Shown: in pieces, positions 17,906 through 26,910 of the stretch
Layout: every line of letters begins with the position of its first letter
How positions within the stretch are numbered: the stretch's first letter is position 1
Source: Patescibacteria group bacterium
GTDB lineage: Bacteria; Patescibacteriota; Minisyncoccia; UBA6257; UBA9933
Length of the DNA: 64,000 nt
Assembly (NCBI GenBank): GCA_038057075.1
Contig: JBBUDV010000006.1
Location: 2,216 to 66,215, forward strand
Direction: 5' to 3'
Program-made: the position numbers and the translations under genes
Notes under the pieces: generated by a model
Databases searched by the model: none
What the model saw: only the letters and a program-made list of their open reading frames with translations
What the model was told of the DNA's origin: nothing

Positions 17906-18787
17906 TTACTGAAGACATTGATTCAATAAAAACACTTGATTGTTATAAGTTTCAATTATTGTCTTTGTTTGATTAATAAGAGTGTTATACCTGTTTACCA
18001 GCTCATTATATTCTTCTATTTTTTGATTTAAGGAAGGATCGCCTCTTTCCATACTTTCAATCTCGGCCTTTTTCGTTTCAAGAATTGCCGCTAATTGTTC
18101 TATCTCTTTTTTATTAGTATTAATCGCTGATTTTAAATTCTGTTCAATTGCCGGACAATCGGAAGTCGGCCGGCCGAATTCCTGAACCGCAATCCAGACT
18201 TCTTTTCCCTGATAAATTCCTTTCAACGCCGCTACTCCTATTTCTTTATATTTAGAATTTAAGATATTAGCGCGATGCCCCGAAGAATTCATCCAACCTT
18301 CTACCACTGCTTTGTCATTTTCAAAATTTCCCAAAATTAAATTCTCGCCAACTTCCAAATAATCATAGCCCGCTTGTTTTGCCAACTCCGCCGGACCAAC
18401 GCCGTCAACGGGTGAGATATGCTCAAAATATTGATTTTTAAACATATCCCGCGCTTTAGCCAAAGCCGCCTTATTTAAATTTTCATTCTCTTTAAGCGTT
18501 GGAAGTACGGCCATTGCTCTTTCAGTATTAGTCCAAATAATTATTCCTAACGAAGTTAAATTTAATTTATGAACTTCAAAAATTTCTTTAACTATCTTAA
18601 GCGGCGGAGCGGAAATATTTTCAGCGGCTGATTGCGGCGCGGTCAAAAATTCGTTGAATTTTTGATTGGGTTTTAAAGGTTCGGAAAGCGGTTTAGTAGC
18701 CGGCAACTGAAAATTTTTTAAATCGTTTTGAAAAACAAACAGCCCGATTAAAATAAATAAAGCGACAATTAATAACCTAAAAGACAT
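17906..18787 (-). CDS. CAP/SCP/YkwD-like domain protein with C-terminal coiled coil
   Basis: SSGHRANILNSKYKEIGVA matches the CAP signature. Carries an N-terminal TM. Confidence 0.7.
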   Translation of the reverse strand: MSFRLLIVALFILIGLFVFQNDLKNFQLPATKPLSEPLKPNQKFNEFLTAPQSAAENISAPPLKIVKEIFEVHKLNLTSLGIIIWTNTERAMAVLPTLKENENLNKAALAKARDMFKNQYFEHISPVDGVGPAELAKQAGYDYLEVGENLILGNFENDKAVVEGWMNSSGHRANILNSKYKEIGVAALKGIYQGKEVWIAVQEFGRPTSDCPAIEQNLKSAINTNKKEIEQLAAILETKKAEIESMERGDPSLNQKIEEYNELVNRYNTLINQTKTIIETYNNQVFLLNQCLQ

Positions 18788-18804
18788 TTCTGTTTTTTAT
18801 TGCC

Positions 18805-20121
18805 TTAAAAACCTCTGCCAAAGCCCGATGATCTTGACGTGAAATGTTTCGTCCGTCCGCCAAATGCGGAACTCACCGCGCTGTCAGACGCTTTTTTGCC
18901 GACAAAAGTAAGCGCTATTCCTTTTTTGTCCGCTCTGCCGGTTCTTCCTATTCTATGAATATAATCCTCATAGGTTTTCGGAATATCGTAATTAATAACA
19001 TGGCTTACTTCCGGAATATCCAGTCCTCTGGCAGCCACATCGGTTGCCACCATTATCTGAATTTTATTTTCTTTAAATAATTTTAAAGCAAATTGACGGT
19101 TTGAATGAGTTTTATCTCCGTGTATTGAAACCGTTTTAAAACCGCGCGCGTTTAAAGAATTAGAAAGCCGCTCAACTCCCATTTTAGTTGTTCCAAAAAT
19201 CAAAACCTTTTTAAAATTTTCCTTAATCAGCAAATCATGCAATATCTCTGTTTTATCATCAGCCATCCCGATTCTTATCACGTCTTGGTCCACATTGGAT
19301 GAAGTGTCTCTGATTTTTGTTTCAATTTTTACCGGATTTTTCAAAAAACTTTGCGACAAATTTTCAATTTCTCGCGACAAAGTGGCGCAAAACAAAAGTG
19401 TCTGTTTTTCTTTGAACATTTGTCCCAATATTAATTTTATATCATTAATAAAACCCATATCAAGCATTCTGTCGGCCTCGTCCAAAACAACATTTTTACA
19501 TTCGTTCAAATTTATAATTTTTCTTTCAATCAAGTCCTTTAATCTTCCGGGAGTTCCTATTAAAACATTGCATCCGCGCCTTAATTGCATAATCTGTTCT
19601 CTCATACTCGCGCCTCCCACAATCGCGACGGAATAAATATTTAATCCTTTTGAAAAGTCCCTAAATTCGCCGTTTATTTGGAGAGCGAGCTCTCTGGTCG
19701 GAGCCATTATCAAGACCCTTTCCCTTTTATTTTTAATGATTTTATCAATAAGCGGAATCAAAAATGCCGCTGTTTTCCCTGTTCCAGTATCCGCCATGCC
19801 GATTATATCCTTCCCTTCTAAAATTTCCGAAATTGCTTTATCCTGAATCGCGGTTGGTTTAATATAACCTTTTTGAGTAATATTGTTTTTTAATTGCTCG
19901 TCAATTTTATAATCGCTGAATTTATTAGTTGAAACATAATCAACAATATTATTATTTACGCTTGCTTTATTGATAAATTTTGATTCATCAATTTTTGAGC
20001 CCGAAAAACCGCGCGCCTTTCCTCCGCCGCGCCCAAAACTGCGCCCGCCAAATCCATGGCCGCCGCCAAAACTGCCCCTTGATCCGCTTCCGGATCTTTT
20101 GTTATTAAAATTTCCTCTCAT
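18805..20121 (-). CDS. DEAD-box ATP-dependent RNA helicase with RGG-rich termini
   Basis: Q motif, AxTGTGKT, PTRELA, DEAD, SAT and HRIGRTGR motifs. Confidence 0.9.
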   Translation of the reverse strand: MRGNFNNKRSGSGSRGSFGGGHGFGGRSFGRGGGKARGFSGSKIDESKFINKASVNNNIVDYVSTNKFSDYKIDEQLKNNITQKGYIKPTAIQDKAISEILEGKDIIGMADTGTGKTAAFLIPLIDKIIKNKRERVLIMAPTRELALQINGEFRDFSKGLNIYSVAIVGGASMREQIMQLRRGCNVLIGTPGRLKDLIERKIINLNECKNVVLDEADRMLDMGFINDIKLILGQMFKEKQTLLFCATLSREIENLSQSFLKNPVKIETKIRDTSSNVDQDVIRIGMADDKTEILHDLLIKENFKKVLIFGTTKMGVERLSNSLNARGFKTVSIHGDKTHSNRQFALKLFKENKIQIMVATDVAARGLDIPEVSHVINYDIPKTYEDYIHRIGRTGRADKKGIALTFVGKKASDSAVSSAFGGRTKHFTSRSSGFGRGF

Positions 20122-20228
20122 CTCAACAAAAAATAGTAATCCGAGATTACTATTGAGAGATCGCTATTTGGAGATCGCCGAATACGAATTAATCTGAGAT
20201 TGCTAAGTATTTAATTTATTATATCAAT

Positions 20229-20255
20229 ATTATAATACTTATCTTTATTTGTCAA
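20229..20255 (-). promoter_or_regulatory. Putative promoter of the DEAD-box helicase gene
   Basis: Minus-strand TTGACA - 15 nt - TATAAT, then a ~120-nt repeat-rich 5' leader. Confidence 0.4.
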
Positions 20256-20305
20256 TAGCTCGCTTTGTCATTTCCGCGAAAACGGAAATCTAATCATAAT
20301 ATTCG

Positions 20306-20725
20306 CTATTTTACTCCGTGTTCATTAAAAAATGCCGAATACTTTTTATCCGCGACAAGTATGTGTTTTAACAGCCAATTACCGGCATATTCGGCAACTT
20401 CTTCGGATAATTTCTCAATATTTTGATCATCTTTCCTGATTCTGCTTATATAACCATTGGCCATTTCCCTGAACTGGTTATGCGCTTCCACATGAGGAAC
20501 CGCATCTGGATAATCTAATTTATCAAAAAGCTCTTCTTCGGTGCCCAAATGGTAAAACGCGTAATTTCCCATTTGGTTGACAATATCAAATAAAACTTCC
20601 TTTTCTGACGCTTTACTGTTTATAAAATCGGCGATTTTATTTACAATATCCAAAAAATGTCGATGTTGCTCGTCAATCATCTCAATACTCACGCTATAAT
20701 CTTTTGTCCAAATAAATTTTTTCAT
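20306..20725 (-). CDS. Hemerythrin-like (bacteriohemerythrin) protein
   Basis: His/Glu ligands spaced in the HHE pattern (H..HF...H...EE...H...H..D). Confidence 0.7.
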   Translation of the reverse strand: MKKFIWTKDYSVSIEMIDEQHRHFLDIVNKIADFINSKASEKEVLFDIVNQMGNYAFYHLGTEEELFDKLDYPDAVPHVEAHNQFREMANGYISRIRKDDQNIEKLSEEVAEYAGNWLLKHILVADKKYSAFFNEHGVK

Positions 20726-21795
20726 AAGTTGTCCTCTTTGTCTTTGTCGTTGTCAATATCACGAAGTTTTTCTTCCGCTCTGCGAGCCGCCTCTTCAATA
20801 TTTTCTCGCTCTTGTTCTAAACTATCGGCTTCTTTTTCAAATTTTTCTTTCGCTTGTTCTTCTTGTTCTTCTTTCAACTCATTTTCCTCTTCTTTTGCTT
20901 CATTCAAATCCTCAATTGCCTCCCCTACTTTATCCAAACTTTTTTCCGCCTGCTTAGCTAATTGTTTCGCGCCAACATAGTTCTCTTTAGCAAAAAGTTC
21001 TTTAGCTTGCGCAAGAAGCTTGTCAAATTTTTCAAACGCTCCGGCAGGAACACTCGCGCCCTCCTCAACGGCTTCGTCTAATACTTCTTGCCTTTCCTCT
21101 TCAGCTTCTTTTATGGCTTTTTCCGCGTCCTCTTTTTTCTCCATCTCTTTCTCAATCTTTTCTTCTTCCTGTTCTAATGCTTCTTCCTGCTCATCTTCTT
21201 TGAGCTCCAAAAGTTCTTTTTGAGCTTTTATTTCGCCGAGTTCCTTTATCAATGCCTCAACTTGGGCAATATCGTTGGCTCGTCTTGCCTCGCGAATTTT
21301 TGCTTTAAGCTCGTCCTCTTTTGCTTCAAGGGAACGCTTTTGATCTTTAAAGGCCTGTTTGAAAGCTTCTTTGTTCGCGTCAAAATCATCGCTAATGCTT
21401 TTTGCGAGCTCGCTCACATCTTTTCCTTTGGATTTTTCGTCTTCAATAATACCGGCGGCTTTGGCAATGTTTGCCTGAAGCCGAGATTGAGCCACTTCCA
21501 ATCCTTTGGCATTCACGCCTTTCGTTTCCAAAATAATTTTAATTTCAGCGATACGCTCGGCGGCAAAAGTAATTTGAAGACGAGCTTTCCCTTCGGGATT
21601 AAAAGTGAAAAATTCTTGCAACGCTTCTCCGAATCTGTCAAAAAAATAAAACGGGCTTTCCGGAGTTAAACCGGCATTCGGCAATACGGCTTGGTTTTGA
21701 GCAAATCCTTCGACTGGGCTCAAAATAAAAGCTAAAACGGGGACAAACAGGAACGAGATAAAAATAACTTTTATAGTTTTCATATATATCATCAT
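20722..21795 (-). CDS. Secreted DUF5667-like protein with long E/K-rich coiled coil
   Basis: Signal peptide, then a PESPFYFFDRFGEALQEFF-type N-domain, then about 200 aa of charged coiled coil. Confidence 0.5.
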   Translation of the reverse strand: MMIYMKTIKVIFISFLFVPVLAFILSPVEGFAQNQAVLPNAGLTPESPFYFFDRFGEALQEFFTFNPEGKARLQITFAAERIAEIKIILETKGVNAKGLEVAQSRLQANIAKAAGIIEDEKSKGKDVSELAKSISDDFDANKEAFKQAFKDQKRSLEAKEDELKAKIREARRANDIAQVEALIKELGEIKAQKELLELKEDEQEEALEQEEEKIEKEMEKKEDAEKAIKEAEEERQEVLDEAVEEGASVPAGAFEKFDKLLAQAKELFAKENYVGAKQLAKQAEKSLDKVGEAIEDLNEAKEEENELKEEQEEQAKEKFEKEADSLEQERENIEEAARRAEEKLRDIDNDKDKEDNL

Positions 21796-21857
21796 ACACC
21801 ATTTGTAGTCCCAATGTCTATACTCCGTGATAGCTAAAAATTATCAAACAGACCGCA

Positions 21858-22700
21858 TTATTTGAATGCTCTTACAAACCTCAACGGATCAACCGAGACG
21901 CTGTTGATTTTGACCGACAAATGCAGATGCGGGCCGCTGGCATAACCGGTCTGGCCGACAAAACCGATAATCTCCCCTTTTTTGACGTTTTTACCTTCGC
22001 TGGCCTTGATAGAATCCAGATGAAGATAGGTGGAAAATATTCCATGGCCATGGTCAATAATAACGGTATTGCCGTAAACCGAATCATTATAGGCCTTTCT
22101 TACAATCCCTTTGTTTATTGCAGCCACAGCCGCCTTCAGCGGCGCTTTCAAATCCATTCCAACATGCCTAATCTCATTTCCGCCAGTCACTCTTATTTCG
22201 CCGAACCGGCTGCCGATTTTCGTATTGTCTTTAAGCGGCAACCCAAACGGCTGGTTAAAAAATATGTCTTCTGATTTCAAATCAAAAACGCTTTCCAGAT
22301 TTTTCTTTTTTTCCTGAAGCTTATTAACCAACCCTTGAGGAGTTAAACCGACTTGTTTTGTAATATCCAAAGCAACCCTAACCGCTTTGCCGCCTTTTAC
22401 GACAAAATCTTTCTCAAACGTTTTGCCGTCTGCGAAAACAATTTTCAAAGGATATGTACCAGGTTTCTTGGCTGCCGCAATTCCGAAAACCGCAACGTAC
22501 TGATTTTTATATTTGAAAAAAGAAACCTGCTGGCCATTGAATTGGGCGGATTTAACGGATAAATTTTCGTCCTTGAAATAAATAATCGCGGTATCCCCTC
22601 TTCGCAAATCAAAACTTGAAACCTCAAAATCAGCCGCGCCTGCCGAAAACGCAAAAAAGACAACCGACAGAATAACTGAAAAACCCGCTATTTTTTTCAT
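21858..22700 (-). CDS. M23 family (LytM-like) metallopeptidase
   Basis: HVGMDL...D and HLHL motifs (GQTGYASGPHLHLSV). Confidence 0.85.
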   Translation of the reverse strand: MKKIAGFSVILSVVFFAFSAGAADFEVSSFDLRRGDTAIIYFKDENLSVKSAQFNGQQVSFFKYKNQYVAVFGIAAAKKPGTYPLKIVFADGKTFEKDFVVKGGKAVRVALDITKQVGLTPQGLVNKLQEKKKNLESVFDLKSEDIFFNQPFGLPLKDNTKIGSRFGEIRVTGGNEIRHVGMDLKAPLKAAVAAINKGIVRKAYNDSVYGNTVIIDHGHGIFSTYLHLDSIKASEGKNVKKGEIIGFVGQTGYASGPHLHLSVKINSVSVDPLRFVRAFK

Positions 22701-22732
22701 ATATTTATTTTATCAAATATTAAAAACCGATT

Positions 22733-23158
22733 CTATTTCAAATTAACTATATAGGTTTTGATAAATTTTTCTATTGCCAATACAGTTTCGGTTTTTAATT
22801 TTGGGTTTGATTCCGCCACCCATTTGGCAAAATTATAAAGTTCTTGATTATCAACTTCCAACCATTTTTTGTTTTTGTGTAAAAAATAAAAAAGTGTCAT
22901 CATGGCAATCCGTTTATTTCCATTTTTAAACGGATGGTTTTTAACCATTAAATAAAATAATACCGACACTTTCCCAATAAATCCTTTATATAACGGCTTG
23001 CCGCCGAAAGTTTGGAATGGCGCGATTAAACAACTTTCTAAAATATTAGGATAACGCGAACTAAAATCAGGAATTGGCTCATCCCATGCCATCATTTCTT
23101 TTGCCAACCAATAAGCGACATATTCAACTTGAATGATTGAAATTATTTTTATTTTCAT
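22733..23158 (-). CDS. Doc/Fic-family toxin, copy 1
   Basis: Doc-type motif HPFKNGNKR. Confidence 0.7.
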   Translation of the reverse strand: MKIKIISIIQVEYVAYWLAKEMMAWDEPIPDFSSRYPNILESCLIAPFQTFGGKPLYKGFIGKVSVLFYLMVKNHPFKNGNKRIAMMTLFYFLHKNKKWLEVDNQELYNFAKWVAESNPKLKTETVLAIEKFIKTYIVNLK

Positions 23159-23338
23159 TATTCTTTTCCTAATAATTTCAAAGTTTCGCCATATTCCTTG
23201 ATGGTTTTTTTAACGGCTTTTTCAATTTCTCGTTTTTTATCTTCAGTTAAAACCTCTCCCAAAACATCCGGCAAATTTTTTTTATTAATCATAAAATTGC
23301 GACCGATTTTTTGGGCCTTAATTTTACCGGACTTGATC
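22755..23338. repeat. Large direct repeat arm 1 (doc + 3' part of the HTH gene)
   Basis: About 584 bp near-identical to 26076-26659; the flanks have diverged. Confidence 0.85.
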
Positions 23339-23412
23339 TTTTTAAACACAGCTACCCGGCTGATACCCAAAAGCTTTGCCACCTCAATTGTGGAAAACAA
23401 TTTTTTATTCAT
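23158..23412 (-). CDS. Excisionase-family HTH DNA-binding protein (putative antitoxin/regulator), copy 1
   Basis: STIEVAKLLGISRVAVFKKIKSGKIKAQKIGRNFMI. Confidence 0.6.
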   Translation of the reverse strand: MNKKLFSTIEVAKLLGISRVAVFKKIKSGKIKAQKIGRNFMINKKNLPDVLGEVLTEDKKREIEKAVKKTIKEYGETLKLLGKE

Positions 23413-23428
23413 ATTTTACAATAATAAT

Positions 23429-23460
23429 CTATGTTAACTGACAAAGCAAGGTTAACATAG
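23429..23460. promoter_or_regulatory. Inverted-repeat operator upstream of HTH-doc copy 1
   Basis: ctatgttaac - N12 - gttaacatag, 17 bp from the HTH start. Confidence 0.4.
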
Positions 23461-23570
23461 CGCTATTAAATGCTTAATTTCAACAATAATATTAATCTAT
23501 TCGCCTATTCACGCTTGCCTTGCCGAAGTTTCAGCACAGGCAGGCAAATTAGACCAATAACAGGCGGCGT

Positions 23571-23903
23571 TTATTTTGAAGATTTGCGCCAACCGGCGGT
23601 CTTGGCTTCCACTTCCGAACAAAACCACTTCTCCCCTTTTGATGTGTTAATAACGGTTCTGTCGTAAAATTGTCCGCCCGGCATATGATAAATTTTCCCG
23701 CCACTGCTTATATTCCCCTTAATAAGGCAGTCCGTGTTTAGAGCTGAATTTTCGCCTGAATTTACAACAGATGGCAATTGGGCCGGCAATTGGGTCGGTT
23801 TGGGCCGCGACCCTACTAAATAAATACCCCCGGCTATAATTACCGCGCCGATAATAATAGCTAAAAATGTTTTATTTTTCTCAAAAAATTCTTTCAAATT
23901 CAT
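23571..23903 (-). CDS. Small secreted/TM-anchored protein with Ada-Zn-binding-like motif lacking most Cys ligands
   Basis: KIYHMPGGQFYDRT...WFCSEVEAKTAGWRKS. Confidence 0.35.
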   Translation of the reverse strand: MNLKEFFEKNKTFLAIIIGAVIIAGGIYLVGSRPKPTQLPAQLPSVVNSGENSALNTDCLIKGNISSGGKIYHMPGGQFYDRTVINTSKGEKWFCSEVEAKTAGWRKSSK

Positions 23904-23961
23904 AAATTTACTTGTAGTGAGTTTATCGAACTATTCTCCTAATTTTTTGCTGGGCAAAACA

Positions 23962-24342
23962 TTATTTTTTTAAAGCAAAGAAACTAATAACTAAAGCAAT
24001 AACGCTCACAATAATGGATAAAATGATAAATAAATTGTGTCTATCATACAAGATAAAACGCCACGCCTTTGTCCAGTAAGAATCAAACTCTTGATGTCCT
24101 CGGGGTGTAAGAATATAAAAAATATCAGGCAATTGGTCTTGTCGTATAACCTTATCTTCTTTCTGCAGCAGATCTAACTGATGTTTAATAATTGTATTAG
24201 ATTCCGCTGGTTGTTTGTTTCTTTCCCAGTAATTCAGTGTTGTTTTATTGACAATGTGTCGCCAAGTGGCGACACCGTTACTAATTTTGATAATTTGCAA
24301 AATCAATTTTTGAAGCTTTTTATCCATAATTTTATTTTTCAA
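23962..24342 (-). CDS. Hypothetical protein with C-terminal TM
   Basis: 126 aa ORF. Confidence 0.3.
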   Translation of the reverse strand: MKNKIMDKKLQKLILQIIKISNGVATWRHIVNKTTLNYWERNKQPAESNTIIKHQLDLLQKEDKVIRQDQLPDIFYILTPRGHQEFDSYWTKAWRFILYDRHNLFIILSIIVSVIALVISFFALKK

Positions 24343-24582
24343 TCATTTTTTGACCTTTTGCTTTTTTAACCATTCCTCCAAAATCTCCTTCGGGTCGCGG
24401 TGGGTTATTTATTCCATTATATCATCAATACCGAAAATTAACCGAAAGTTATCTTTGTGTATATTCTCCCCTATTTCCCGCTTCGGGTCAATTTACCCCC
24501 ACACCAAAAAACACCCTAAAATTTTAAAATAAAAAAGGCGGAAAATCATTTTAGAAATTCCACCCTTGTATTTATTGCTTGA

Positions 24583-24849
24583 CTATTTTTTCCTTCCAAC
24601 CTTAGAAAAAACATCTTTGTATGCCTCTTCAAAAGAAATCCCTGTTCCGACTATTTCGCTGCGTCCGCCAAGAACGTCATGGCTATAAGCTTCCATAAAT
24701 TCATTTAAAATAATTAACCAAAAATAACTCTTATCTTTTTCGGAGTAGGAAATCTTTAATTTAAATCCCATATATTGGGATAAACCGCCTTTTCTTTCCT
24801 CGTTTAAATCCCTTATCAATTGTTCTAATTTTAGCATTTCGGTTTTCAT
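24583..24849 (-). CDS. Hypothetical protein
   Basis: 88 aa ORF. Confidence 0.3.
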   Translation of the reverse strand: MKTEMLKLEQLIRDLNEERKGGLSQYMGFKLKISYSEKDKSYFWLIILNEFMEAYSHDVLGGRSEIVGTGISFEEAYKDVFSKVGRKK

Positions 24850-24989
24850 TTCAGTGCTCCTTTCTGATTTTTATTCCATAATTAGCGAATAATTTTGTTA
24901 ATGTAGCTAAAAATAGAATAACATATTTAAAGCTATTTTGTCAATTACAAAAAGCGCCCTTCTTTAAAAGGCGCTTTGGAGACGTAAAA

Positions 24990-25175
24990 TTACTTTTCAG
25001 GCACAATCATACAGACGATAAAATAAGCAATCAGGCCGGGCGCAATGCCTGTAAAGACAGAAAGAAAAACGTAGCCCACGCGCAAAATCACCGGATCAAC
25101 GCCAAAATACTCCCCAAACCCTCCAATCACTCCGCAAAAAACCTTATTATCCTTGTTTCTATATAAACGTTTCAT
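24990..25175 (-). CDS. PspC-domain small membrane protein
   Basis: MKRLYRNKDNKVFCGVIGGFGEYFGVDPVILRVGYVFL. Confidence 0.6.
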   Translation of the reverse strand: MKRLYRNKDNKVFCGVIGGFGEYFGVDPVILRVGYVFLSVFTGIAPGLIAYFIVCMIVPEK

Positions 25176-25311
25176 AGAGATATTATAACATAAATAATAA
25201 ACTTTACAAAAAACAAAGCCCCGCTTGATTTTGAGCTTTACTATTTATCCATAAATTGTGTATAATGTAATTATATAAAGGTCTAAACTAAATAAATTAA
25301 TAAACAATTTT

Positions 25312-25569
25312 ATGGAACAAAAAGGCAATTCTGCGTTTATGAAGCCGATGAATATCGGCGAGGAGCTGGCGGTAATAGTCGGCAAGGGTCCCATGCCCAG
25401 ATCAGAGGTCGTCAAAAACCTTTGGGTGTATATCAAAAAACACAATCTTCAGGACCCAAAAGATAAGCGGAATATCAACGCTGACGAAAGTTTGAAGAAA
25501 GTATTTGGCGGGAAAGAAGTTGTCAATATGTTTGAAATGACAAAACTTATTTCCAAGCATCTCTCCTAA
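25312..25569 (+). CDS. SWIB/MDM2-domain protein
   Basis: PMPRSEVVKNLWVYIKKHNLQDPKDKRNINADESLKKVFG...MFEMTKLISKHL. Confidence 0.7.
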   Translation: MEQKGNSAFMKPMNIGEELAVIVGKGPMPRSEVVKNLWVYIKKHNLQDPKDKRNINADESLKKVFGGKEVVNMFEMTKLISKHLS

Positions 25570-25582
25570 TAACTTTTAGATA

Positions 25583-25620
25583 AAATAAAACAACCCGCCT
25601 CGGCGGGTTGTTTTATTTTG
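25583..25620. terminator. Bidirectional terminator between convergent SWIB and cspA
   Basis: aaaataaaacaacccgcctcggcgggttgttttatttt. Confidence 0.7.
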
Positions 25621-25649
25621 CTTCGTCTGCAAAAAAACGACAACAATCC

Positions 25650-25847
25650 TTAAATGCGGGTTACGTTTGTTGCGTTTGGTCCTTTGTCAGAGCTGGCTTT
25701 TTCGAAAGATACTTTGTCGCCAACCTTTAGATCTTCAAAGCTTACGCCTTTGAGCTCATTGCCGTGAAAAAATAAATCTTTTTCTTCGCCTTCAACCGTA
25801 ATGAATCCAAATCCTTTATCTGTAAGGGTTTTTATTGTTCCTTCCAT
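25650..25847 (-). CDS. Cold-shock protein (CspA family)
   Basis: KGFGFI RNP-1 and FFHGNEL motifs. Confidence 0.85.
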   Translation of the reverse strand: MEGTIKTLTDKGFGFITVEGEEKDLFFHGNELKGVSFEDLKVGDKVSFEKASSDKGPNATNVTRI

Positions 25848-26056
25848 AGTTATAAAGTTAATTTAATTAATGTTTTAAGGTTTTATCCTAAAGTTTAGTT
25901 TTTTAAAAAACTCGACTAAATTTTATTTAAACAACTATCTTATAAACAATGCTAACATACAAAAACCAAATAGTCAATATAATTCATAAAATACTTTGCT
26001 CCCTCTGTACAACGAAATCCGAACGCATTTTGAAAGCGATTTCATTTGGCATATTT

Positions 26057-26479
26057 TTAAGATTTTACTATGTATGTTTTGATAAATTTTTCTATTGCCA
26101 ATACAGTTTCGGTTTTTAATTTTGGGTTTGATTCCGCCACCCATTTGGCAAAATTATAAAGTTCTTGATTATCAACTTCCAACCATTTTTTGTTTTTGTG
26201 TAAAAAATAAAAAAGTGTCATCATGGCAATCCGTTTATTTCCATTTTTAAACGGATGGTTTTTAACCATTAAATAAAATAATACCGACACTTTCCCAATA
26301 AATCCTTTATATAACGGCTTGCCGCCGAAAGTTTGGAATGGCGCGATTAAACAACTTTCTAAAATATTAGGATAACGCGAACTAAAATCAGGAATTGGCT
26401 CATCCCATGCCATCATTTCTTTTGCCAACCAATAAGCGACATATTCAACTTGAATGATTGAAATTATTTTTATTTTCAT
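26057..26479 (-). CDS. Doc/Fic-family toxin, copy 2
   Basis: Identical over most of its length to copy 1; the C-terminus differs (KTYIVKS). Confidence 0.7.
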   Translation of the reverse strand: MKIKIISIIQVEYVAYWLAKEMMAWDEPIPDFSSRYPNILESCLIAPFQTFGGKPLYKGFIGKVSVLFYLMVKNHPFKNGNKRIAMMTLFYFLHKNKKWLEVDNQELYNFAKWVAESNPKLKTETVLAIEKFIKTYIVKS

Positions 26480-26659
26480 TATTCTTTTCCTAATAATTTC
26501 AAAGTTTCGCCATATTCCTTGATGGTTTTTTTAACGGCTTTTTCAATTTCTCGTTTTTTATCTTCAGTTAAAACCTCTCCCAAAACATCCGGCAAATTTT
26601 TTTTATTAATCATAAAATTGCGACCGATTTTTTGGGCCTTAATTTTACCGGATTTAATA
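26076..26659. repeat. Large direct repeat arm 2
   Basis: Near-identical to 22755-23338, offset 3321 bp. Confidence 0.85.
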
Positions 26660-26736
26660 TTCTTAAATACCGCTACTCGACTAATACCTAACAATTTAGC
26701 GACTTCAATTGTAGATAAAAACTGTTTCCTTATCAT
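26479..26736 (-). CDS. Excisionase-family HTH protein, copy 2
   Basis: N-terminus diverged (MIRKQFLSTIEVAK...); the rest is identical to copy 1. Confidence 0.6.
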   Translation of the reverse strand: MIRKQFLSTIEVAKLLGISRVAVFKNIKSGKIKAQKIGRNFMINKKNLPDVLGEVLTEDKKREIEKAVKKTIKEYGETLKLLGKE

Positions 26737-26752
26737 ATTACCAATATAATTT

Positions 26753-26781
26753 ATGTTAACCTATGAGTCAATGGTTAACAT
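26753..26781. promoter_or_regulatory. Inverted-repeat operator upstream of HTH-doc copy 2
   Basis: atgttaacc - N11 - ggttaacat. Confidence 0.4.
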
Positions 26782-26910
26782 AAGTTAACAAAAAACAGAG
26801 GCATTAACCTCTGTTCGTACACACTGGCTCCGCATCGTGGACGACGTTAGAACTATTTTTGAGAAACAAAATGAGTATATTTATATACTTATTTTAAAAT
26901 AAAAAACCAG

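Noticed and set aside
20657-21669. Ser/Phe-rich plus-strand ORFs (107, 67, 149 aa) antisense to the coiled-coil protein gene
   Set aside because: They are mirror-image artefacts of translating the E/K-rich GAA/AAG-repeat coding strand in reverse. Low complexity, no starts with SD.
23470-23667. 65-aa plus ORF between HTH-doc copy 1 and the next gene
   Set aside because: It overlaps the operator palindrome and the 3' end of the minus-strand 110-aa gene. No SD.
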